Assembly (NCBI GenBank): GCA_046733875.1
Contig: JBKPQB010000028.1
Span: 42,870-106,869 of the forward strand
Length of the DNA: 64,000 nt
Reading direction: 5' to 3'
Origin: Acidobacteriota bacterium
GTDB taxonomy: Bacteria > Acidobacteriota > Vicinamibacteria > Vicinamibacterales > 2-12-FULL-66-21
The translations under genes and the position numbers were made by a program. Below, in pieces: positions 47,865 to 55,602 of this stretch. Below the pieces are notes generated by a model. The model was given only the letters and a program-made list of their open reading frames with translations. It did no database searches and was not told the DNA's origin. Numbering within the stretch: the stretch's first letter is position 1; every line of letters begins with the position of its first letter.

Positions 47865-49271
47865 TTATGAGCGGTCGATCGCCTCGGCCACGCGATGGGC
47901 CGATCGGGTCGCTGCTTCCATACCCCAGTTGAGGTTGTCTGCGTATGCGCCTGCGAAGTGAATCCGGCCGTGCGGCTCGATGAGCACAGGCCAGAACCTT
48001 GCGAGCTCGCCGGGGCCATAGGACGTACGTTCGCACGCGGACGCCCAGGGGTCTACCGCCCATACGACGACCCGCGCCTTCTCGATATCCTCCGACCGCC
48101 CCTGATAAAAACGTCGGTATACGGCGAGCGCACGGTCGGCCGTGCCGGCGCCCGACGCCGTCCCCGCCAGCAATCCGCGCGTCGTCTTCACATCCTGTGA
48201 CGCACTCCACACGTGGTACAACGCCGGGTCGCCGAATTCCATGTTGGGGCTGAGGCCGTCGCGGTCCCAGAAGCGTGTCTTCGTCTGAAAGATGACGCGC
48301 GTGTCGTGATAGTACGGCACGTGCTCGATCGCATACGCCTTCGCCGGCGGGAACGCTGGCGTCACCGGAAGCAGCCGCAGCATGCGCGCGGACATCGCGC
48401 ATACGAGGTAGTCGGCCTCCAGACGCACGATCTGCCCTTGTTCACGGCAGCTGATCCGGACGCCCGAGTCGCCGTGCTCAATCGCGGTGACCGGACACTG
48501 CAGGCGGATGCGATCGTGCAACCGTTCGGTGAATGTGTCGGTCAGCGTCTGATTTCCGCCTATCAGCCTGTACACCTTCGGCGGGAACAGCGGCACGCCC
48601 CGGCGTTTGAGGATGCCGGCGTGCCACACAGCCTGCAGCGCCGAGCCGCTCCCTCCGATGAGCTCGAGCGCCGCAGCCGACGCGCCGTCGCGGCGAAAAA
48701 GCTCCGTTGCCGTGATTTGGTCCAGTTCGTTCAATCCGGCGTCGAACGGACGATATTCGTCCTCGAAGCGATCGACGTAGGGCGCGAAGTAAAGGGATGC
48801 GAGCTCCGGGAACGGATGCTTCGTCAGGTACTCGACTTCCCTGCTGTTCAAACCAAGCTTCCCGAGTACTTTCGGATCCGCAAGCATCTCCTCCGTGGAT
48901 GGCGCGCCACGAATCCATCGGACGATGTGCTCGCGGCGCGGGTAGTAGGTGTACGCGAGGTTGAACTCGCGGACGTAATCCCAATAAAGCTCGTATCCCG
49001 GCTGCGTGAAGTGCTCGGCACCGCCGTCGGCATACAGGCCATCGTCGAGCCCTTCCCGGACGGTGAAGACATGGCCGCCGGTCCGAGCCGATGCTTCGAC
49101 GATGGTCACGTCGTGCCCGCGTCGCACGAGCTCCCACGCGCAGCTCAGACCGCCGATTCCGCCACCCGCGACCAGAACCTTCTTCGATCGTTTCGTACCG
49201 GGCTGCTGAGGACGAAGGAGTGCGGCCGCGGCAAGCGAAAGGACTTCGCGCCGCGTGAGATTGGTCGGCAT
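47865..49271 (-). CDS. Tat-exported flavin-containing amine oxidase
   Basis: I trimmed the ORF to the ATG at 49271. The twin-arginine signal is MPTNLTRREVLSLAAAALL. The Rossmann FAD motif is VLVAGGGIGGLSCAWELVRRGHDVTIVEASARTGGHV. The C-terminal region is IHFAGAYADNLNWGMEAATRSAHRVA. Confidence 0.85.
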   Translation of the reverse strand: MPTNLTRREVLSLAAAALLRPQQPGTKRSKKVLVAGGGIGGLSCAWELVRRGHDVTIVEASARTGGHVFTVREGLDDGLYADGGAEHFTQPGYELYWDYVREFNLAYTYYPRREHIVRWIRGAPSTEEMLADPKVLGKLGLNSREVEYLTKHPFPELASLYFAPYVDRFEDEYRPFDAGLNELDQITATELFRRDGASAAALELIGGSGSALQAVWHAGILKRRGVPLFPPKVYRLIGGNQTLTDTFTERLHDRIRLQCPVTAIEHGDSGVRISCREQGQIVRLEADYLVCAMSARMLRLLPVTPAFPPAKAYAIEHVPYYHDTRVIFQTKTRFWDRDGLSPNMEFGDPALYHVWSASQDVKTTRGLLAGTASGAGTADRALAVYRRFYQGRSEDIEKARVVVWAVDPWASACERTSYGPGELARFWPVLIEPHGRIHFAGAYADNLNWGMEAATRSAHRVAEAIDRS

Positions 49272-49339
49272 GGCTGGATCCTCAGGAAGATCGTCCGACG
49301 CCGGAGGGCATTCTACTCCGCTTCCGCCTCTCTGTTGGA

Positions 49340-52000
49340 TCATTCCGAGCGTGGCCGTTTGATCAATCCGTCGAGCAGGACGATGTCGGCGTCGCCTTCG
49401 GCAACGGCCGCGATGATTGATTCGCCGTCAGACGACCACGACACCTTGCGCGCGATGAACATCGTCCGATCGCCGAAATCAGTGACCTGTCGCGCCTCGC
49501 CGTTCGCCGTCGAGAGCGCCCAGATGTTGGTGGTGACGCCATCCGTGAGCGGCAGCGCGAGCCACTGCCCATCGGGCGAGAGCGAAGGGTTCACGATCTG
49601 CCAGCTCGCGACACGAGACGCAGGGATCCGGGCGAGCAGGCGCGACGGACCGTTCTCTGGAGCGGCTGCACGGATCTCGAATTCCGGCCGCCCGTCGATG
49701 AGCGGACGTTCGAGCATGTAGTACAGCGTCTCGCCGGAGAGGCCGATCACGTTTCGCGCGGGCTCCGATCTCACCGTCACGGGCGTGCCTCCCGAGGCGC
49801 TGACTTTCTTGAGCGTCCCCGCGGACGTGTCGACGTAGTACAGCCACTTGCCGTCCGGCGCCCAGCCCATGCCGAGGCCCGGCGTCGCGATGCTGCGAAG
49901 ATTGCTGCCGTCAGGATCGACCAGCCAGATCCCGAATTCGAGGCCGGTCCTTCCCTTCGATGACACGAACGCAATCGAGCTGCCGTCGGGAGACCAGACA
50001 GGCGCACCGACCGAGACCGCCGGATCATCCTCGAACGTGATCTGCCGAACATCGCCGCTGCGGGTTGAAATGACCCACAGGTTGCTGTGACCGCCGCTGT
50101 CGGACAGAAATGCGATGCGATCGCCGTCGGGTGCGGCGGTCGGCGTGAGCACTTGTCCCGTTTGCCGCGTCACGGGGACGCCGCCCCGAACGTTGTCCGC
50201 GGGACCGCGACCGAACGGAAACCTCCAGACGTCGAAGCGCATCCGCGTGCGTACGGCAGCGACGATTCCCGCATCGCGCATGTCAGGCTCTTCGTACGAC
50301 ACATCAGCCGCCGTGATCGGTCGCTCTGGCCGGCCATCCAGGCCTATCTCCCACAGCGCCAACGGCGGCAGATACGGGACCGTCGATCCACGACTCGAGC
50401 TGTAGATGATTCCCTTGCTGTCCGGAAGCCACGCCAGGCCGCTCATCATGCTCCGATCGTGCGTCAGTTGGCGCGCATCGCCACCACTCGCGGACACGAC
50501 GAAGATGTCGTCGCGGACGCCGTCTCCTCGCTGGTACGCGATCCATCGGCCGTCGGGCGACCAGCGCGGATACCGGTGATAGCCGGCCTCCGAGCGCACG
50601 ATCGAGCGCGCCCCCGATCCGTCGAGTGCAGACGTTATCAGCTGGATGTGTCCGTCGACGAGGCTGAAGCACGTCAGCCGTCCCGTGCTGCTGACGTCGC
50701 CGCCCCCGATGCTTGCGATCACGCGACGCGGAGATCCGCCAAGGGCCGGGATGCTCCAGATCGTGCCCTGAGGCTCGCCAGGTTCCGGCGCCGAAAAATA
50801 CACGAGCGAGCTCGCGTCGTTCGACCACCGCGGGAATCGGTGATCGACGTTGTCCTTCGTGATCTGAAGCGGCGCCCCCCCCGCGAGCAGCCGCACGAAG
50901 ATCTGCCGTCGCCCGTCCACGTTTGCCGTGAAGGCGACGGACTTCCGATCGGGCGACATCGATGGAAACTCCTCGACGCCTGACAGGTCGGTCAGGCGGC
51001 GGACGGTGTGAACGGCCGACGTGTTCATCTGTGGCACGGCGCGCTTCCCCGCAAGATACCCGAGCAGCGCGACGGCCGGCGCCGCGAGGAGACCCGCAAG
51101 AACGAGCGCGATAGTCTTTGGTTTGATCGGCCGCCGCGGAAGCGTCGCCGGCGCCGTGCTGGTCGTCGGCAGGTTCTCGAGATGAAACACGAGATCTCGC
51201 GCGTTTTGAAATCGTGCCGCGGGTGCCTTCTCGAGACAGCGGCGGACGAGCCGTTCGACCGCGGTGTTGACACCGGTCACTGGCGGAGGATCCTCGTTGA
51301 CGATCGCGCTCAGCGTCTCCGCCGTCGTGCCCCGCCGGAACGGCGGGAACCCGGCAAGCATTTCGAACAGGACCGTCCCGAAACTGAAGATGTCCGAGCG
51401 ATGATCCGTGCGAAGACCGCGCACCTGTTCCGGCGACATGTAGAGCGCGGTGCCCACGACGGGCGCGAGCTTGAGGCCGCCGAGTGGCAGAGCCTCCGTG
51501 GTGTCGCCGCTGCCCTCAGCACCGGTCAGCTTCGCGAGCCCGAAGTCCAGAATCTTGATCCGCCCTTCGGTGGTGACGAACAGATTCGCAGGCTTGACAT
51601 CCCTGTGCACGATTCCGCGTTCGTGCGCCGCAGCAAGGCCGCTGGCAATCTGGATCGCGTACTCGACGGCCGTTCGCTCTGACAGCGGGCGTCCGTCCAT
51701 CCTCTCGCGAAGCGTCTCCCCCACGAGCAGCTCCGTGATGATCCATGTGCAGCCACCCTGCACGCCGACGTCGTGGACTGCGAGGATATTCGGATGGTTC
51801 AGGCTGCCAGCCGCACGTGCTTCCTGTTCGAACCGGCGCTGGCGATCGGGATCGGTCGAGAATTCCGTCCGCAGAACTTTAATCGCCACCTCGCGGCGGA
51901 GGTGCGGGTCGCGCGCGCGATACACCTCACCCATGCCGCCGATCCCGAGACAGCCGCGGACTTCGAATCGGCCAAGACGATCCCCGACGGAGAGGCTCAT
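49340..52000 (-). CDS. Ser/Thr protein kinase fused to a TM segment and TolB-like (WD40-like) beta-propeller repeats
   Basis: Kinase motifs present are GIGGMGEVYRARDPHLRREVAIKVL, HRDVKPANLF, ILDFGLAK and YMSPEQ. The TM helix is IALVLAGLLAAPAVALLGYL. Repeated propeller motifs are PRWSNDASSLVY, PRWSPDGRWIAY, PVWSPDGSSIAFV, WAPDGKWLYY and LSPDGQWLAL. Confidence 0.9.
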   Translation of the reverse strand: MSLSVGDRLGRFEVRGCLGIGGMGEVYRARDPHLRREVAIKVLRTEFSTDPDRQRRFEQEARAAGSLNHPNILAVHDVGVQGGCTWIITELLVGETLRERMDGRPLSERTAVEYAIQIASGLAAAHERGIVHRDVKPANLFVTTEGRIKILDFGLAKLTGAEGSGDTTEALPLGGLKLAPVVGTALYMSPEQVRGLRTDHRSDIFSFGTVLFEMLAGFPPFRRGTTAETLSAIVNEDPPPVTGVNTAVERLVRRCLEKAPAARFQNARDLVFHLENLPTTSTAPATLPRRPIKPKTIALVLAGLLAAPAVALLGYLAGKRAVPQMNTSAVHTVRRLTDLSGVEEFPSMSPDRKSVAFTANVDGRRQIFVRLLAGGAPLQITKDNVDHRFPRWSNDASSLVYFSAPEPGEPQGTIWSIPALGGSPRRVIASIGGGDVSSTGRLTCFSLVDGHIQLITSALDGSGARSIVRSEAGYHRYPRWSPDGRWIAYQRGDGVRDDIFVVSASGGDARQLTHDRSMMSGLAWLPDSKGIIYSSSRGSTVPYLPPLALWEIGLDGRPERPITAADVSYEEPDMRDAGIVAAVRTRMRFDVWRFPFGRGPADNVRGGVPVTRQTGQVLTPTAAPDGDRIAFLSDSGGHSNLWVISTRSGDVRQITFEDDPAVSVGAPVWSPDGSSIAFVSSKGRTGLEFGIWLVDPDGSNLRSIATPGLGMGWAPDGKWLYYVDTSAGTLKKVSASGGTPVTVRSEPARNVIGLSGETLYYMLERPLIDGRPEFEIRAAAPENGPSRLLARIPASRVASWQIVNPSLSPDGQWLALPLTDGVTTNIWALSTANGEARQVTDFGDRTMFIARKVSWSSDGESIIAAVAEGDADIVLLDGLIKRPRSE

Positions 52001-52043
52001 GGCAAGGTCGGCTGATTATAGCTGGCCGGTTTCATGCGTTTCC

Positions 52044-52078
52044 CACAGGATTCCCACGAGTTCCTCAGGATTTCCGCG
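52044..52078 (+). promoter_or_regulatory. Tandem direct repeat (20-nt period) in the divergent kinase / haloperoxidase promoter region
   Basis: CACAGGATTCCCACG (52044..52058) and CTCAGGATTTCCGCG (52064..52078) match at 12 of 15 positions. TTCCCAC is also repeated at 52040 and 52051. All were read directly. Confidence 0.3.
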
Positions 52079-52132
52079 CCGCCTCCTCTCTATCCTCGCC
52101 CTTATCGGCGCCATTGATGGGCAAGGAGGTTC

Positions 52133-53381
52133 TATGGGTAAGCTCGTCACGATGATCGCACCGCTCGCGTGCGTACTGCTGACTGCGCTTCCGGCGCAAG
52201 CGGATGATGCGGTGATGGAGTGGAATCAGATTGCGCTCGCGTCCACGGTGATGGCAGGCCAGGGCCCGCTTCCTCAAGTACGGAGCATGACGATCGTTCA
52301 AGTGTCCGTGCACGATGCCGTGAATGCGATTACGTGCAAGTACCGGACGTACCTGTCAATCGCGTGCGGGGCATGGGGCTCACCGGAGGCAGCCGCGATT
52401 GGTGCAGCGCACCGCGTGTTGATCGGCCTCTTCCCCGCTCAGGCGACGATGCTGAACCAGGCGCGTGCCACGACCCTTGCGTCGCGCGGATTCACGGACA
52501 CGAGTCCCGGAGTGGCGTTCGGAGAGGCGGTCGCGTCCATGATCCTCGCGGTTCGTTCGAATGATGGCGCGGCCCAGGCGCAGTTCCCGTACACCGCGCC
52601 GGGCGCGGGCACACCCGGGGCGTGGGTACCGGTTGGTACTGCCCCTCCCGTGTTGCCAGGCTGGGGGAAAGTGACCCTCTGGGTCGTGCGCAGCCTCTCG
52701 CAGTTCGAGCCCGATGGTCCCCCGCCCTTGTACAGCCGCCGCTATGCGCGGGATTACAACGAGGTGAAGGAGTTCGGATCGATGAACAGCACCGCGCGAA
52801 CGGCCGAGCAAACCGAGATCGCACGCTTCTGGCTCGCAACGCCCTCCGCGATCTGGAACGTGGTCGCGCGGCAGCTGATCCAAGCGCATAGTCTCGATCT
52901 GTCGGCGAGCGCTCGCACGCTGGCGCTCCTCTATCTCGCCTCCTCCGATTCCGGCGTCGCATGCTGGAACACGAAGTACCTGGTCAACTTCTGGCGGCCC
53001 TTCACCGCCATCCGAAACGGTGACACGGACGGCAACGATCGCACGGAAGCCGACCCCCTCTGGACACCGCTCTTCACGACGCCGCAGCATCCAGAGTACC
53101 TGTCCGGCCACTCGACCAACAGCAGCGCGATGGCGACCGTTCTGATTCGACTCTTTGGGGACCAGCAGGCCACGCCGATCGCCGCCACTAGCCCGACGAA
53201 TCCCGGATTCGAGCGTCACTGGTCCAGCCTGAGCGAGGGGGTCGAGGAAGTGATCGACGCGCGGATTTTCTCAGGGTTCCACTACCGGTCGTCGAACGAA
53301 GACGGCGCGCGGTTGGGTCGCAGCATCGCGCGGTTCGTCATCGACCACGCGTTGCGCGGCCGCAAGGAGTCGAACGACTGA
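52133..53381 (+). CDS. Secreted vanadium-dependent haloperoxidase / PAP2 acid-phosphatase superfamily protein
   Basis: I trimmed track ORF 51450..53381 to the ATG at 52133, which follows AAGGAGG. The signal peptide is MGKLVTMIAPLACVLLTALPAQA. PAP2 and haloperoxidase signatures are K-x6-RP (KYLVNFWRP), PEYLSGHS, and ARIFSGFHYRSS. Confidence 0.75.
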
Positions 53382-53428
53382 CCACCCGGCGAAGCGACGG
53401 ATCGTACACGAATTCCGCCGTACAATAC

Positions 53429-53465
53429 CGCGTTGCCAGGAGCCTTCACGGCTTCTGGCAACGCG
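53429..53465 (+). promoter_or_regulatory. Long imperfect hairpin (11-bp perfect outer stem) between the haloperoxidase gene and the wHTH-FHA gene
   Basis: CGCGTTGCCAG-gAGCCttcacGGCTt-CTGGCAACGCG is read directly. The 3' arm abuts the GGAGG RBS (53465..53469) of the GTG start at 53476. Confidence 0.35.
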
Positions 53466-53475
53466 GAGGCCGTGT

Positions 53476-54129
53476 GTGGTCTATCGGTTTGGCGACTTCA
53501 CGCTTGATGAGGCGATCCGTCAACTCTCGCGCAGCGGCAGCGAACTGCATCTCTCGCCGAAGGCGTTCGAGCTCCTGACGTTTCTGCTTGCCAGTCGTCA
53601 CCGCGCCGTCTCCAAGGCGGAGCTGCTGCAGCATCTGTGGCCATCCACGTTCGTCGAAGAGACGAACATTGCGGGTCTCGTCGCGGAGATCCGCCGCGCA
53701 GTCCAGGATTCCGCATCCCAACCGCTATTCATTCGAACGGTTTACGGATTCGGATATCGCTTCGTCGGCGACGTCGTGGCCGGGGCGGCGACGACACGTC
53801 CTGCAAGCCCGGGCGTGAAGGTCTGCCTGATCTTTCAGACGCGTGAGATCCTGTTGATGGAAGGCGCGAATGTCATCGGGCGCGACCCGGCTGCCACGAT
53901 TCACATCGAGTCGCCGGCCGTGTCGCGGCATCATGCGCGCATTCTCGTGTCGAACGATGAGGCGACCCTCGAGGATCTCGGCAGCAAGAACGGAACACAC
54001 GTGAATGGAAGCCGGATCGCGGCCCCTGTTCGGCTGGCCGATGGTGACTCGATCGGACTCGGCACGAGTACCCTGCGATTCCGCATCGCGCCATTGACAA
54101 GCGCCACCGAGACCGTGCCCGTGAGCTGA
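53476..54129 (+). CDS. OmpR/PhoB-type winged-helix DNA-binding domain fused to an FHA domain (minimal EmbR-like regulator)
   Basis: The GTG start follows GGAGG. The wHTH region is YRFGDFTLDEAIRQLSRSGSELHLSPKAFELLTFLLASRHRAVSKAELLQHLWP...TVYGFGYRF. The FHA region is NVIGRDPAATIHIESPAVSRHHARILVSNDEATLEDLGSKNGTHVNGSRI. Confidence 0.8.
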   Translation: MVYRFGDFTLDEAIRQLSRSGSELHLSPKAFELLTFLLASRHRAVSKAELLQHLWPSTFVEETNIAGLVAEIRRAVQDSASQPLFIRTVYGFGYRFVGDVVAGAATTRPASPGVKVCLIFQTREILLMEGANVIGRDPAATIHIESPAVSRHHARILVSNDEATLEDLGSKNGTHVNGSRIAAPVRLADGDSIGLGTSTLRFRIAPLTSATETVPVS

Positions 54130-54206
54130 CCCGACATGACTGCGCGCGTGAAAGAGCGCTCGGATGATGTCGCCGGCCCGTGTGTCACACGATCGGAGGG
54201 AGATCC

Positions 54207-55151
54207 GTGACCGTCGTCGACTGGCTGCTCGACTCGGACCCGGCAGTCCGCTGGCAAGTGATGCGGGACCTGACCGATGCACCTGCGGAGGAGGTCGCAG
54301 CCGAGCGCGCGCGCGTTGCCACCGAGGGCACTGGCGCGCGGCTGCTCGCCCTGCAGGCGTCCGATGGTCGCTGGGGTGGCGCCGCCTGGAACCGCGGGTG
54401 GAACTCGACGATGCACGTCCTCACGTTGCTGCGGGAGATGGGCCTTGATCCCGCGAGCACCGAGGCACGGCGGGCGGTGCGCCTCGTCCGCGGTCGGGTG
54501 ACGTGGAAGGGATGCGGCCCGCAGGAGTGCGACGCGAATCCCTTCTTCACTGGCGAGCTCGAGCCGTGCATCAACGCTCAGGTGGCCGCGAGCGGCGCCT
54601 ACTTCGGCCAGGACGTTTCCGGCATCGTCGACCGGCTGCTGAGCGAACAGCTCTCCGACGGCGGCTGGAACTGCGAGGCCGCAAACGGCTCGATGCGGTC
54701 GTCGTTCAATACAACCATCTGCGTGCTGGAGGCGCTGCTCGAGTACGAACGGGCCGTCGCGAGCAGCGCGGACGTGACCCATGCGCGGCTCCTGGGGCAG
54801 GAATACATCCTCGAGCGCCGCCTCTTCCGAAGGCGGTCGACGGGCGAGCCGATCGAGCGAGATCGCAAGAGCGGCGCCGCGTGGAACCGCTTCGCTTTCC
54901 CGACGTGGTGGCACTACGACGTGCTGCGAGGACTGGAGTACCTGCGCCGCGCTGGCATCGCGCCCGACGGGCGCGTAACCGAGGCAATAGAGCTGGTCGC
55001 ATCGAAGCGCGACAGCGACGGCCGATGGTCGCTCGACACCCTGCACCCCGGCCGGATGCCGGTCGAGACGGACGAGGGCGAGGGTCGGCCAAGCCGATGG
55101 AACACTCTGCGATCGCTCCGCGTCCTTCATTGGTACGAACAGACAGCATGA
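54207..55151 (+). CDS. Alpha/alpha-toroid protein of the prenyltransferase / squalene-cyclase repeat type
   Basis: Repeated QW-like motifs are LQASDGRWGGAAWN, LSDGGWNCEAANGS and KRDSDGRWSLD. The start is uncertain: GTG at 54207 (VTVVDWLLDSDPAVRWQVMRDL) or the track start at 54180. Confidence 0.5.
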   Translation: MTVVDWLLDSDPAVRWQVMRDLTDAPAEEVAAERARVATEGTGARLLALQASDGRWGGAAWNRGWNSTMHVLTLLREMGLDPASTEARRAVRLVRGRVTWKGCGPQECDANPFFTGELEPCINAQVAASGAYFGQDVSGIVDRLLSEQLSDGGWNCEAANGSMRSSFNTTICVLEALLEYERAVASSADVTHARLLGQEYILERRLFRRRSTGEPIERDRKSGAAWNRFAFPTWWHYDVLRGLEYLRRAGIAPDGRVTEAIELVASKRDSDGRWSLDTLHPGRMPVETDEGEGRPSRWNTLRSLRVLHWYEQTA

Positions 55152-55170
55152 GCCTTGCACAGGAGTCCGT

Positions 55171-55602
55171 GTGGGTATGAATGAAACGGCGCGACAACCG
55201 CCAGTCCTAATTCAGTCAGCGCCATCGGAGCATTCGCTGATTAGCTGGACGCAACTGATTTACGGCCTTCACGCGTTCAGCCTCTTGACCGGCATCCTTG
55301 GCACCGCGACGATCGTGGGCGCCTTTCTGACCGGCTGGCCATCGATCATTGCGGTGATTCTGAACTACGTGAAGCGCGGCGATACGCGCGGTACCTGGCT
55401 CGAATCCCACTTCCGCTGGCAGATCCGCACGTTCTGGTTCGGCCTGCTATGGGTATCGCTGTGCCTGCTCTTCGTCGTGTTCACGCTCGGAATCGGCATC
55501 ATCATCGCGTGGGTGCCGATATTGTTGACCGGCGTGTGGTTCATCTATCGCATCGTCAGAGGCTGGATGGCGCTCAGCAGCCGGCGGCCGATGTACGCAT
55601 AG
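55171..55602 (+). CDS. Small integral membrane protein (DUF4870-like topology, 3-4 TM helices)
   Basis: The sequence reads WTQLIYGLHAFSLLTGILGTATIVGAFLTGWPSIIAVILNYVKRGDTRGTWLESHFRWQIRTFWFGLLWVSLCLLFVVF...WFIYRIVRGWMAL. The family assignment is made by eye only. Confidence 0.5.
   Translation: MGMNETARQPPVLIQSAPSEHSLISWTQLIYGLHAFSLLTGILGTATIVGAFLTGWPSIIAVILNYVKRGDTRGTWLESHFRWQIRTFWFGLLWVSLCLLFVVFTLGIGIIIAWVPILLTGVWFIYRIVRGWMALSSRRPMYA

Noticed and set aside
51450-52132. An N-terminal extension of 227 codons on the haloperoxidase ORF (track 51450..53381) overlaps the kinase gene antisense.
   Set aside because: The extension is Ser/Arg/Pro-rich with no signal peptide. An internal ATG at 52133 has a perfect AAGGAGG RBS and is followed by a canonical signal peptide.
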